This document shows positions 28,153 to 41,250 of a stretch of 64,000 bases of DNA, one piece after another. Source of the stretch: Eledone cirrhosa (taxonomy: Eukaryota). Positions within the stretch are counted from its first letter, which is position 1, and each line of letters begins with the position of its first letter. The position numbers and the translations under genes are program-made. The DNA is taken from assembly GCA_964016885.1 (NCBI GenBank), contig OZ024741.1, forward strand, positions 142,538,001-142,602,000. The letters are read 5' to 3'. Below the pieces are notes generated by a model. It ran no database searches, was not told the origin of the DNA, and saw nothing but the letters and a program-made list of their open reading frames with translations.

Positions 28153-28439
28153 GAGCCAAGAAGTCCCCAGGCCTGCATCGGTTGTAGAGATAGAATGACA
28201 AATGAGAAGATTGCAAAAGGGACATCTGTACATTATGGTTTATAGTAACAAGAATGTTATTCTCTAAGTGTCAGTGATTATTATCTGATGACGAGCATAA
28301 GCAAGATTAGTGGCAATAGCATAATCTGAAAGTTTCATTTCAGAGTTTCCCTCTCTTAAAAAAATGCCGTAACAACAGCTCGGGGTCTTTCACTCCCCAT
28401 GGACATACTGCGTTTTCAGACAACAACCTGGGGGTTCCT

Positions 28440-28720
28440 TAGTTACCGCGCATAAATGGGTAGTCATAATTATGACTGAGGAGTACTATCTACCTCGGTT
28501 TTGAAATCAAAGTGACCCTTCTACTAAACAGTCACTCAAGGCTAACGAGTTCGGTCTACTCGGAGCAACAGCATTGATGGCGCCAGTAACTCGCCTTTGC
28601 CTCTCCTTGTCAATTCCAAACATCTCTGTCACGGGAAAACCAATAGCTATGCTTTGGTTGTCAGAGGTGCAAGGTATTTGGAGCATTTTAGAAGTGAGTA
28701 GATTCCCGGGTCTACCTCCA
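28440..28720 (-). pseudogene. Degenerate CR1/L2-like LINE fragment
   Basis: GIDKERQRRVT resembles DKLERVQRRAT; shares GTTTTGAAATCA..CAAGGCTAACGAGTTC with 39270-39315. Confidence 0.4.
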
Positions 28721-29796
28721 CTCTGGCAATAACAGCTATGTATGTATGCATGAAAATGTAAGTTCATGGACTTTTGTTTGTCTTTTGTAAATAAATATGT
28801 ATATGCGGGTATATGTGTATACAACTATCCCTCCACATGCATGCATATATATATATATGTGCATATGTGCGTTAAGAATATTTACATATGACGCTATTCG
28901 TCGCTATGGTGTCAGTCCAGTTTATGGCAGTAGACAACTCAATATATAGTGTCAATTTTATGGGAGACTTTCACCAAAATAATATCTAAAATATATGTAT
29001 AAATGTTCTGCTCAATGAAGATGCAAAGGGAAGCCTTCTACGTCGTTATACGAGCTACTAGAAAGGTCAGTTAATTCTTCCTAAGTTACATTTTGAATAG
29101 AGGACACATTGCACAATGTAGTCCATACAGACCAGAAGTCTTAAGCTTAAGGACTCAAAAATACCATTACGTCACGAGGAAGAGACACCAGGCCAAAAGT
29201 GAGATGAGGCGGGGGTGATTTCCACCAGTTATAAAGCTAATCTGCAATAGTTGATAAGTTGCTATTTATTTTTATTTTTTCATCAAAATGAATATGCATA
29301 AGATAGTAAGTGCGATATATGAATTAGTACTAAATGTAGGTGGACAAATTTTCCGTTTCACATTTTCTCTAATTAGTCACAAAAAATGTTCTGCCGCGAG
29401 TCATAGAGAAGTATTTTGCCGGGCGTGTGTTCGAGGCCGCTGATACAGAATGTACAGATTGTTTATTTTTCTAAGAGTGGAGGCTGAATGCCTTTGATCA
29501 AAGGTTTAATGAATCAACGGTGTATTTGGCGTTTTTTCTGCACATGTTACAGAATGAATAACTGCAGTATAGCTGGGAACAAGGGGGTTAAATCTTTGAC
29601 GGATTGGAGTTCCCTCTAAGGGAAGAGGGATCTTGTAGCCACAGTTGTCATGGAATAGGAATAACGACTACAGAAAGTGCTATGTGTGTGTGCCTGTGTA
29701 TCTGGGTATATGTAAGTGAGGGAGAAGAATCCGCGCCTGAACATAATATATATATATATATAGTAACATTTTGAATTAACTCCGCAATATCATCAA

Positions 29797-29920
29797 TGTA
29801 TTTGATGACATACTCGTGTTTACGTCTTGAAACCGCTGGTAATGCAGATTTAAGTCAACCTGTTAATATAAATACTCTCAATTTCCATGTGTTGACTTCT
29901 ATTTTCATTCCTTTTGCACC
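29797..29920 (+). ncRNA. Decayed type I hammerhead in a ~125-bp repeat, copy 1
   Basis: TGTAT-TTGATGA-stem II-GAAA-CCGCTGG-TA-ATGCA (C3 mutated); second copy at 30498-30630. Confidence 0.5.
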
Positions 29921-30128
29921 TTCACATGTTTGTGTGCGCGTACGCATATATATACACACACACACACCATGTGTACCCCGTTTTTTCTTCTTTTTTTAGT
30001 AGACACACCGTATCACTGCGGTGAGGCGACTAAAAGGGTTGGGTTCAGAAAGGGTATCCGGCTCTAAAACTGTCTCACATCTCGTCTAACCCATGGCAGC
30101 ATGGAAAGGTGGGGGCAAAAGCGCGCGC

Positions 30129-30164
<36 letters not shown>

Positions 30165-30497
30165 ATCCATCCATTGTAACGAGAAAAAAAAGAGAAACAA
30201 ATGCCTGTGGCGTGTTTATATATAATTTCAGCAGCTACTGAATAAGAACGACATAGAAGGAAGGATACAAGTAAAGGATTAAACGAACCTCGGAGTACCA
30301 AAGCTTCCTCATGGTTTGTCTGAATCCACAGGGAATCATGACATCAGCCATTACGGGTAGAGAAAGGCATAAGATGCAGCCGAATGAAATATTTCTTCCG
30401 TGATGCTCTCTTCTTTTCTATTCTCTTGATGGGGAAATAACCGAAAGCGGCGAGGTGCATAAAATGCAATATATATGGGGGGGGGGGGGTATGAGTG

Positions 30498-30630
30498 TGT
30501 GAATGACGAAATATACGTGTTTACGTCTTGAAACCGCTGGTGATGCGCAATTATGTCAAATTGTTGATATAATGTGGAAGTTGAGAATATTTATGTGTTG
30601 ATTGCCCGTTTCTTTCGTTTGCACCTACAC
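30498..30630 (+). repeat. Copy 2 of the HHR-bearing repeat, more decayed
   Basis: ATGACGA..CGTGTTTACGTCTTGAAACCGCTGGTGATGC..GTCAA..TTTGCACCT. Confidence 0.6.
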
Positions 30631-31029
30631 TTTATACAATGTTCATGTATGTATGTAATGTTTTAGGGGGTGGTGATATATTAAGAAAAGGAAAGGGGGA
30701 GAAACACTTCCACAGCAATACACTGACTGGTTTGTGTAGCTAACTGTGAAGAACAACTGCGATGAAGTTGATATAGAGAAAGATGTTATTTTATATTGAC
30801 GTGGTTGCCGGCACCAACAGAAACGAGAGAACGAGAGACGGTGTCAGCAACAACGTCAACACAATCACTATACATACATGCCATACCCACGCTCCAACTA
30901 TCTCTCATACACACAACCGCTACGCTTCGCATCACAACCATGACTTCCATCATCATCGTCGTCATCGCAACCATTTTTTGCACCCAGTCACTCAATTTGC
31001 TTGCCCACGCGCGTGCATTTGTAATAGTT

Positions 31030-31216
31030 GTGGTGGTGGTGGTGGTGGTGGTGGTAGTAGTGATAGTAGTAGCAGTAATAGTGATAGTAGTAGTAGTAAT
31101 AGTGATAGTAGTAGTAGTAGTAGTGATAGTAGTAGTAGTAGTAATAGTGATAGTAGTAGCAGTAGTAATAGTGATAGTAGTAGCAGTAGTAATAGTGATA
31201 GTAGTAGCAGCAGCAG
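31030..31216. repeat. (GGT)n plus AGT-based 21-24-bp minisatellite
   Basis: AGTAATAGTGATAGTAGTAGC-type units. Confidence 0.92.
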
Positions 31217-31229
31217 GAGACAAAGTACA

Positions 31230-31345
31230 ATGGAAGTGACGTTCTCTGACCTAGATTTGCGAGTCACATGACACAGTCATGTGGTAGTTTTGTTTACTTC
31301 CGGTATATCAAACTTGACGCAGTGCAGCTGACTCGTACGGCGGAA
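31230..31345. promoter_or_regulatory. Dense transcription-factor motif cluster (putative enhancer/promoter)
   Basis: GGAAGTGACG, GTCACATGAC and GTCATGTG (MiT/TFE-type E-boxes), TGTTTACTTCCGG (FOX:ETS composite), TGACG, CAGCTG. Confidence 0.35.
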
Positions 31346-31948
31346 CACATCTAACCATGACAACCAGCAAAAAGAACACTCTTCGTTCTCTCTGCACGGA
31401 ATCTATCAGTAGCTTCTAGTAACTCCACCACAACTACTATCATCATCATTATTATGCCATTAGTGTTGGACCTCCGTCGGTTCTGACGACGATAAATGTT
31501 TGATCAACCGAACAACTCTCTCGTGGAATTCAACGTGCAAGTGGCTGAACATTCCACGAGTACGTGTAGCCTTAACGTAGTTCTCATATTATATATGTAG
31601 AGAGAGAGAGAGAGAGAGAGAAGTAGATGCCTAGATTTGTCCAGATAGATATGGAGACATGACAGGGTTGGGGCTTTCATATACACGAATGAATGTCACC
31701 TTTATGAATACACACAGAAAATACCTAATCAAACAACACACTAGAAAAACAGAGATAACAGATAATACAAACAACAATAGAAATCTAGAAACTGTCCTAA
31801 ACATTGAGAATGTGACGATGTTAGAGACAATTTACGTAAAGCTGTTATAATACCATACCGAAAACCTAATCCCAGGCTAAATATTCATCACTATCGACAT
31901 AATGCCATAATTAATATTATCTGTTATATATCTATATCTCGCTATCAT

Positions 31949-31989
<41 letters not shown>

Positions 31990-32396
31990 TATTTGTCATT
32001 CCGAATATTTCCATTTTTTCACTGTAAATAATAAATCCACTACTGTCGGTATTTCCTGTATGTACTGTCCCCAACATCCTAAGACCTAGTGTGTGGGTAA
32101 TGAATTCATCTACTACTACTAATACTATGCATCTATGATTGTCGCCACCTCTGATGCTACTACCACTACGCATGCAATGTATCTGTGTTTGATGATACCA
32201 CTTCTGACCACTATGAGGTATAGCGAACGTCTACTTGGTAAAATAAATAAGTATTTGACGGCTAGTTGTGATCGCGAAACGGTGTTGATTCTTGCTAACG
32301 CGGTTAATTGCACTTGGCAAAGGTGTGAACACCTCATACACACAGACGCACTAAACATATATTGGTAAGCAGCCTAACAATAATGGTGTGTGTATG

Positions 32397-32442
<46 letters not shown>

Positions 32443-32444
<2 letters not shown>

Positions 32445-34574
32445 GAATAAAAATAACCAAGATTAAATTACATTAAATTATTTAATTGATTTACGAACGT
32501 TTCTATCAATACAGTAAAAAAATACATTTCCTCTGTATTGATTTCTTCAGAATTTATTAAACATGCTATAACTTTATGGAAGACTAAATATGCAGTTAAA
32601 GTTTATAAATAATAAAAATATAACATGCAGTAGCTAAAAATACTTTGCTTGACTTTTTTACATTCAAATGCACGTCTACTACGCACTAAAGTAATGTTAT
32701 AGGAATACAACCAGAGCTTATAATTTTAATAATACTTATTAATTGAAGCAACAGTAATTATAAGAATAAAATTAATAGAATATATTAAGAAACACAATAC
32801 AAACACGATGGAGGCTTTATTCAGTAATAAAAAATATCAATCAGAGGGAGAAGTTCCAGTTAAGAAACTGATAACCATATTAATAGAGGCGAAACGATTA
32901 TTTTTAGAATAAAGGGTTATAAGTGAAACATATTCATACATACATATATACATACACATACCTACACACATACTTATATATATACATATATATACAGAGA
33001 GAGACTTCAAATACATATCAAACTATGAATTACAACTTCAGTTCAAATACATGTTTAAGATGGGTAACAAAATAAATATAAGATATTATAAGATAGGCAA
33101 AGTATAAAGGATCTATGAGACAACTATTCTATGCGTTAAGAGGGGGGGGGGTTAACTGGAATGTAAAGAGGTATAATTAATCAGGTTCAAGGATTTTCTA
33201 AAAGAAAAAGTGAAAGGCTCTAAGCAAACAAAAGGGGATTATCTCATTTCTAGGGTTGAGAAGATTAATTTTAGAAGTTATTACTAATGCTTCAGTCAAA
33301 CAAAGATGACATATAGCGCTACCGCCTTCATACGGTTTTGTTTGATATCCTTTTTTTAGAGTCCAGATTAGTTTAGCTAAAGAGGTATATTTTTAATTTT
33401 TCCTTCTTAAAAGAGCGTAGATGCCCATAAAACCTAGTTTTAAGATATTAGCAGTTACTCCTATGTAATTAAAGAATTTATTACAAGTTAAAACTTCACT
33501 TATATACTACAATACTTCTAAAGCAATATCCCCTAAGGAGGCAAGACTCAGGGACCCTACAATTATAATTGGTTACCAGCTTATTAGTAGATCTATTTAA
33601 TATATTATTTGGACGATTTATCCTAGTCCAAAAATTACTATCAAATTCAACAATAGTACGTCTAGTTGCTAAGACAATATCAAATCCCTGTGTTGTAATA
33701 TTTGTAAGGTATAGATAGCGCGTCACCAAGGAGAGTAGGAGAAATAGAAGCATAATAGCGTCGATATCAAATTGCAAATATTTCACATTATTCTTCTTAT
33801 CCAATTTAATAAACCACTCAGTAACTTCATTTGTATGACCCCATATATTAAGTGTAGTTTTCTGTTTGATAGTAGGAATAATTCTATCGAGGATATTTTT
33901 TACTAATTCTTCCTATTTCCGAGGTTGAAGGACATATAAAATCTTTTTTTATGGTCTAAGATTAAACCTAGGCGGTTTAGGAATATAAGGATCAGTGTAT
34001 TTTTCGAATTTCAATAATTTTACAATATTTTAGCCTGCCTATTGATTTCCATTAAGTTAGCTTTGTTGGGGAGGCGAGGGGGGGGGGGGGGGGGGGTTAT
34101 AGCTTCTATTAAGTTTTTTGTAGATGAAAGAATTATATAAATCAAAGTTCATACTATATATATTTTTGGTTTCGTCAACATGTACCTGTATTTTTGTTTG
34201 TTATTTAAAATAATTGATTATAGAAGCAAGAATGTCAAGAATGAGTAATAATATATAGGTTTTTTAAATTTGATATTTTTTATCATGTTAAACAAATCAT
34301 TTTCAAAGTTATCCAACATAACATTATGAGGTGGATTCTTAAACGTACTAAATCCAAAGTTATATGGTGGAGTTTTGTTATTGTTGTTTTCTTTGAAGTC
34401 TTTCTTTTCATCATAAAAAATCTTCCATCGTACACATCTGATAAATGAATTAATAATATTAATAAAGTATTTCAAATATACTTTCTTTTCGGGCACTGGG
34501 ATACACTTAAGAGACATCGGAAGGTAATCCTTCGTTAACATCTTAGCCAAATTATTCATAATATATGTATACAT
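32443..34574 (-). mobile_element. Decayed, internally deleted Penelope-like retroelement (Naiad-type) with a 3' HHR
   Basis: N-terminus SLKCIPVPEKKVYLK..SFIRCVRWKIFY..FGFSTFKNPP..LDNFENDLFNMIKNIKF; RT region KNILDRII..EWFIKLDKKNNVKYLQFDI; GIY-YIG C-terminus LAKLIWTLK..KPYEGGSAICHLCLTEAL..LLNPRNEI; ends at (TA)n. Confidence 0.85.
32487..32556 (-). ncRNA. Type I hammerhead ribozyme motif in the Penelope 3' pLTR
   Basis: Minus strand ATT-CTGAAGA-A-ATCAATACAG..CTGTATTGAT-A-GAAA-CGTTCG-TA-AAT; 10-bp stem II, weak stem I. Confidence 0.6.
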
Positions 34575-34669
34575 GTAGAATGTTTAGTCACAAGACCGTC
34601 ACATCAACCACTTTACTTTTTAAGTGAGTGGGAAAGATTCACTAAACTGCTTCCCCTAAGGCCGTTAAT

Positions 34670-35320
34670 GGTTTCTAATTTAGGCACGAGGCCAGCTTTT
34701 TGGTGGAAAGTACATGACTGGTACTTTAGGTCAGCGATCCCAGAAGGACGAATCTAAGGACATTAATAATTGTTTCTACTTTTGGCACAAGGCCAGCAAT
34801 TACCCAGTACAGTACTGGTACTTTATTTTATCGACCCCGTAAGGATGAAAGGTAAAGTTAACCTCGGTGGGATTTGAACTCAGACTGTAAAGGGACGTAA
34901 CTATGCTAGAAAGCATGGCGTCCAACCCTCTACCGATACTGCCAATGACGTATGGAAAGTGACGGGAGTTTTTATGATATCGTTAGAAATAGCAATCAAA
35001 CGCCACACAAATTACTCATTACTAGCTTTAAAAAAAAAAAAAAGATACACTAAAGCATTGGGAAATTTTAAAACAGTCTCGTTACACTGGAAGTAAATAT
35101 AATAATTGTTTCTACTGTAGGCACAAGGCAAACAATTTGAAGGGAAGGGAAAACATCGATTAAATCAACCCCAATGTTTACTGGTACTTTATTTTATCGA
35201 CCCGTAATAATGATAGGCAAAGCTAACCTCTGCGGAATTTGAACTCAGAACGTAAAGGGTCGTAACTCTGTGCTATGAAGCATGGTGTCCGACGCTCTAC
35301 CGATACTGCCAATCCACCTA
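34670..35320 (-). mobile_element. Cluster of three family B SINEs
   Basis: Repeated GGCACAAGGC..CTGGTACTTT..ATCGACCC..GATTTGAACTCAGA. Confidence 0.85.
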
Positions 35321-35399
35321 AATATAATAATTGTTGATAACCATAAATAATGGTTGAATAAAATCGAGTAAAGTACTCACGGAGACGGAAAACAAGTGA

Positions 35400-35470
35400 A
35401 TAGAAACATCTACGAGGAATTGAACCCTGCATCTTTCGTATGCCGGGCGAGCGTGTTTAATACGTAGGCG
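35400..35470 (-). mobile_element. tRNA-like SINE head of another family
   Basis: Minus strand CTCGCCCGGCATACGAAAGATGCAGGGTTCAATTCC; no complete cloverleaf. Confidence 0.45.
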
Positions 35471-36339
35471 TCTCTTTTCACAGGGGTGGTACTTTACATG
35501 ATTTTATCCAATCATGATTTATTATCAATTTAGTATTATAATTTTCTGCATTGTAGTCACGATATTTTCAAATTTCAAAAACATTTGGTACAAAATGCTT
35601 TGCAACGAATAAGACGAGATGGTCACGGCTGAAACGCCTATTTTCCAATATGTCTGCACAAGCAGAATAACTGGGTGGGGCTAAATAACAATTTGACCCA
35701 TTTCCGCTCGACTAACTCCACATAGTGGCAACTACAATTCACTAAATCTCTCTCAGTTTGCCTCTCTCTCTCGCGCGCGCAGGGCCATATGCTTTTATCA
35801 TGACACTTTCCTCTGGTGCTTAATAGCAAGGGAGATAATCCTTATCTTACCTTATCCTTATGAGCGTAGACGGCCACTTCCGCTTTCTAAACAAAATGCT
35901 AATTCCTAGTAAAGATAGTATTATTTTTACCTACTATTGTTTAACAAATAATAGTAGCAGAAATCATCTCTCTGATAATATATATTTTTTCATTCGTTTC
36001 AGTAACTGACTGGGACACAGCTATGACTTAGCCGACTATATCGATCCCAGTACTTTTTTTTCAAGCCCGGTACTTATTTCATTAATCTGTTTGTCGAACC
36101 GCTACGTTACGGGTTATTAACACAGGTTAAAATGCAAACAGGGAAAATGGCAGACAAGCATATATAAATATACATTGGGCTCTGCATTTTCCACCCACCA
36201 AATTCTACTCGTAATGTATTGGTCGACACGTGCACAAGATGCCACGCTCCGAAACTGCACCTTTAACAAAACACACGCTCACACACACACACACACATCA
36301 TCTACTTCCCCTTATGCGTGATAATAATAAGATTTTGTG

Positions 36340-36577
36340 TTTTGCATCTTTGCGGCATATAGTTACGTCCCTTTACGTTCTGAGTTCAAATCCCACGGGG
36401 ATTAGTTTTGCCTTTCATTTTTACGGCATCGACAAAATAAAATACCAGTAACGCTCTGAGGTCGATTTAATCGACTTTATTCTTCCCTACAAATTGCTGG
36501 TCATGTGTCAAATTGTTTAACGAAGCTAATCAGATCGAATCATTACAACTCCGGTCGCGATTTACTCACTCAATGAT

Positions 36578-36635
<58 letters not shown>

Positions 36636-36648
36636 TGTGTGCGTGCGC

Positions 36649-36691
<43 letters not shown>

Positions 36692-37010
36692 CGTGTGTGT
36701 GTGTAGACGACGAATTGACAGAGTGGTTAGGGCGTTGGAATAAATGCCTTTTATATTTGTTCCATCTCCCTGCATTCTGTGTTCAAATCCCGCCGTTCTA
36801 GGATCGATAAAATAAAGTACCAATCATGTACTGTGCACATATAATCGATCACAGTTTCTGGTCTTGTGCCCAAATAAGAAAGCATTATTAATTTCTAACA
36901 CCCGCCGAGGTTAACTTTGCCTTTCATCATTACGGGGTCGATAAAATAAAGTACCAGTAATGCACTGGGTTATTTGCTGGCCTTGTGCCAAAAAGTAGAA
37001 ACAATTATTA
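36340..37010 (+). mobile_element. Three family B SINEs separated by (TG)n/(CA)n
   Basis: GTTCAAATCCC B-boxes and TCGAYAAAATAAA.TACCA cores at ~36430, 36805, 36940. Confidence 0.85.
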
Positions 37011-37954
37011 ATTTCTAACACAAGCAATAATTGTTTCTAATTTCTAACAAGCAATAATGTACCTTAACTTCCTCCCGCCAGTGAGCGTCATGAAATTAAA
37101 AGTGTACTGAAATACAACAGGGACCGCTTGTTATAATCACGGTTTATTGCTATTAAAATTAGTGAGTCCCAATGTTGATTTTTTTTAAATTTAAATTGAA
37201 TTTCAAATTATCCAGTAATTAGAATCAAAGCTCCGAATATTTTTATCAAAATATTTAAGTAAGCCGCTACACAACCACTATATTCACTGCTGAGATAAGA
37301 AATATGTTGCTAGCTTGGGAGATGTAGTAGGTGTAAAATGATGGTGGTGGTAGTTGTGGTGAAGGAGGAATCGAATGGTGGTGGAGATACTGGTGTGTTA
37401 AGTTTCAACAGTGTGCTTGGTGATATCGGTCACTAAAGACTACCTTCTTTATTAAGCGTCTGTGTGAATGTGCGTTTTTCCAGAGAACTACGTTATGGGG
37501 ACCCGTGTCTGTGAAATGCTCATTTCATAAACAGTCTGTTCTGTTGATCGAAAAGCTGGAACACCCACCTTTGGGAGCGACGGAGGTCGCGTGCGCGTGT
37601 GTTTAATCTGTAGCGGAACCTACATCGCAAGACACCGGTTCACTGACAGCTTGCTACAACTGTGTAGCGTTCTGTTCTCGTGTTACTATGTGCGTGTATA
37701 TTTAATTTATAAGATATAGATTATTTATTCTATAGACACGCACATACATACTAGTGTAATCTAATATAGTCGTTTAATATATATATATGTAAAATACATG
37801 AAAATATTAAATTAATATATATATATATATGGCAGCTACAACTTCGATTCATACCTAATTTAATGTAATCTATATAAACATATATATATACATATATAGG
37901 CGGCTGTATCCACTTTTTCTCGTCTTCAGGGTTAGTTTACCCGATATATTCAAT

Positions 37955-38072
37955 TCTGAGTTCAAATCCCGCCGAGGTTAACTTTTCCTTTCATCCTTAC
38001 GGGGTCGATAAAATAAAGTACCAGTAATGTACTGGGTAATTGCTGGCCTTGTGCCAATAGTAGAAACAATTA
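37955..38072 (+). mobile_element. SINE family B, young subfamily
   Basis: TTCTGAGTTCAAATCCCGCCGAGGTTAAC...GTAGAAACAATTAT. Confidence 0.88.
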
Positions 38073-38565
38073 TTTATAGTTACCAACTATTGTTATAATT
38101 ACCTAAATTGTGGGAATTGCATTTTCAAATTTCGCGCGCGCGTGCACAAGTTAGAAACACAAACAGACAGATAGATACTGCTTGATTTTAACCACCTCAA
38201 TACCTATAGTCGACATATTTTGCTTCCTGCACGTAAATATCCACAATCACCACCACCACCCCATCATTACTAGTAATAGCACCAGCCACAACAACAACAG
38301 CAACACCACCACCATCTCCGCCACTATTCAGTTCCAAAGAGAATTATGTTCAGTCGTTCGCTGCTAAGATGAACGGACAATAATTCGCCTCGCTTTCCAT
38401 TCACATACAAACAAATCCAATGCAGAACACTAAAGTACATTTTTCAGTCGATACTAACTACTCGGCTTCCAGAACGCTAATTTACCACGACTAGTTTTCT
38501 TGTCTCTTACCATCCTCATTGCTGAGGCCAGGGACCATGGAAATGCTAATCTATATGATGCTATA

Positions 38566-39070
38566 TCTAAACTATAATAAAGTAAGAAGCGCGGGACTGC
38601 GTACGGTTTATAATTTGTTATCTCCTTAGTAAAATAAGTTTGCTTTGATTAATAAGATTACTTTGAATAAATAATTGTTTCTACTTTTGGCATAAGGCCA
38701 GCAATTACCCAGTGCATTACTGGTACTTTATTTTATCGACCCCGTAAGAATGAAAGGCAAAGTTAAGCTCGTCGGGATTTGAACTCAGTCCGTAAATGGA
38801 CGTAACTATGCTGCAAAGCATAGCGTCCGACCCTCTACCGATAATGAATGAATATTACATAATTTATCTACTAAATTTCGTGGCTGTTCATTAAATATAT
38901 TTTATTACTTATTTAAAGATTCACTTCTTTAAATTTTCAAATGTCAACACTTCCGGTTAGCGATCGTTTAAATAAATATTCATATATTTCTGTCACTAAT
39001 TTTCTTCTAATGCAGTTTATATATAATATCGTCTTTTTTTTTTATGTATCGTGGATTACGTTACTGATTA
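38566..39070 (+). mobile_element. Helitron-like non-autonomous repeat interrupted by a SINE (38676-38840)
   Basis: Starts A|TCTAAACTATAATA; uninterrupted homolog at 55427-55746. Confidence 0.6.
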
Positions 39071-39084
39071 CACAAGGGTGGTTT

Positions 39085-39315
39085 TTCTGCTAGTGTCCAT
39101 AATTCTCATTGAAGAGAAACAGTGACGTCGGAAGTTCCAAATCCTCATCTGCCCACTACTCTGAAGCTGATTACCAAGCCACAGCTCATCTACCTTCATC
39201 ACATGGATGAAACCGTTGACTATTTGAAAGGCTGTTATCGAGGTGACCAAGGAGTCCGATTTACCCCAGTTTTGAAATCAGAATGATCCAACCAAGGCTA
39301 ACGAGTTCTGTCTAA
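39085..39315 (-). pseudogene. CR1/L2-like LINE 3' fragment
   Basis: ITAFQIVNGFIHV..NFRRHCFSSMRIMDT resembles GDLI..FKI.NG...RRHFFS.R.V..WN. Confidence 0.5.
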
Positions 39316-39618
39316 CCGTTTTTGTTTTTTATACACTATAGGATGGTCCTTCATTCTCTCGAGTGCCTCCATTCCTTGGCGGATTTTGTTTTTCGTCCTG
39401 TGGGGTGTCCAAAAGTCCCCCTCTTCATCAAAAAAACTTAGTGTGGTTGCCGGTTAAGTCGCCGACGACCCGAATAATATAACAGGTTGGAATGGGTAAC
39501 ATGTTACTAGTTAATTGGTTACATAAATGTTCAACATGTATGTACAAATGACATACAGAATTAAGTGTATGAGTAGCTTTGGAGAAATAACTATTTACAG
39601 GGACAAATGTAGGGTATA

Positions 39619-39827
39619 GCTTAGTGGACTTACAATTATAATGTTGTGAGTTGGATTATTGGACTGGGTTGTGTATTGAGTTAAATGCTTCATGGCTGGA
39701 GCTTTAACGTTGCGATGAACTAGCATCCTGTTCAGGGGACAGCCTTGTACTTTCAGTCGCTTCACGCCACGGAAACCGGAATAAGCACAGGCCTGATGAG
39801 ACACCCGGCTCGAGACTTTGATTTAGA
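39619..39827 (+). mobile_element. SINE flanked by 58-bp direct repeats
   Basis: GCTTAGTGG head remnant; CGATGAACTAGCATCCTGTTCAGGGG..GTCGCTTCACGCCACGGAAACCGGAATAAG tail; flanks 39561-39618 and 39828-39885. Confidence 0.7.
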
Positions 39828-40254
39828 TTAAGTGTATGAACAACTTTGGAGAAATAACGATTTACAGGAAGAAATGTAGGGTATAAAGAAAACAGAAATT
39901 AAGCAACGAAAGAAAGGGAAAGGGGTGAGGGAGCGGCATACTCTACACCCCAGTCTGAGCGCTGTTTTAGCTGCACCCAGCGGACAAAATGGCGAAGGCA
40001 TTGCCGCGAACAGCAAGCGACACCCGCTGCAACAGCAACACTACCTCACGGGGCTCCTCCTTCAGTTAGTTGGTACCACAACACTAAACTACCCCATTTG
40101 AGTTGATACCACGTGTCTCTATGTCTTCCTGTGACTGACTCAATGTTAGACAGACAGACACACAAACTGTATTCATTCATACTGACGCATGAATGAATAC
40201 ATGAACATTCAAAGAAGACTGACTAGGGTTTGGGACACACATATATGTGAAAAC

Positions 40255-40780
40255 ACAATGGCCTAGTGGTTGTGTTGAACTCACATTATAAAAGGACGTA
40301 GATCAATTCGTGGACTGAGCAGCGTGTTGGGTTTATTTCCCCTTACTCCATCTATGAGGAATTGCGACCAGCAGATACTATCAGCAATGGAAAGACCAAT
40401 GGAACTGTTGTTTCCTTCGTCCGATTTGATTATAAGCCATAGTTGTTCTACACAGCATGGTCGAGTGGTTAACAAGGTTACTTCTCAATCAATAGCACAC
40501 GGAACCTTAGGCAAACGTAAATTACCATTATCTCGGATCAACCTCTGCTCTGTCAATGAAATAGGTTAGACGGAAACTGTTTGGAAACCCCGAGGCTGGA
40601 CTGTACCTGTAATTCAAAGAGCCAGCGTTGTCTCAGTTACACTAAATATTTCCGATAATTACGTTATCGGTACACGTGTCTATGGAATACTCAACCACTT
40701 ATACGTTAATTCCATGAGCAGACTGTTCCATTGAATGAATGAATGACTAGAGTACTAATCGTCGAAATCTACGGAGGTCT
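40255..40780 (+). mobile_element. Two tandem family A-type SINEs
   Basis: Heads TGGCCTAGTGGTT and TGGTCGAGTGGTTAA; body AATTCAAAGAGCCAGCGTTGTC..GGTACACGTGTC. Confidence 0.7.
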
Positions 40781-41250
40781 ATCCCAGTATATACAAACAA
40801 GAAAGCGTGGGAGATTTCGTCTGAATATAGTGTATTGTGGAAGCATCTTGGCTAAGTTCATCCTTCTCTGAAATCTATCGAAGGGAGCTGTGTGAACCGC
40901 GACACTGTAAGCTCACGAAACAATGGATAATTTTGCAGTGGCGTCACTGCTTAAGAGTCGTACTTGTTCCCGCTTCGAACGTTCTGCCGTTCCAATTTCC
41001 CCGACGTCAACTTTACCTTTCATCCTTTCGGGGTCGATAAATAAAATACCAGTCCAGTACTAGCGTATATATCGAGAAGAAATCGGCTGTGCCTCAACAT
41101 AGAGAGGGAAGGGTCTCACCAGATTTTAAATGCCGTCAGGAGAGCGCCTCTACGACACGGTAGCTGTTTCTGAGATAAGGCATCTACTTACAGCTATGTA
41201 AATAGATGCCTTAGCTCTATGGTAATAAAACGGTAGTGGTGGTGGTTGCT

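Noticed and set aside
39790-39815. CTGATGAG as a hammerhead core
   Set aside because: No GAAA or stem III; part of a SINE 3' tail
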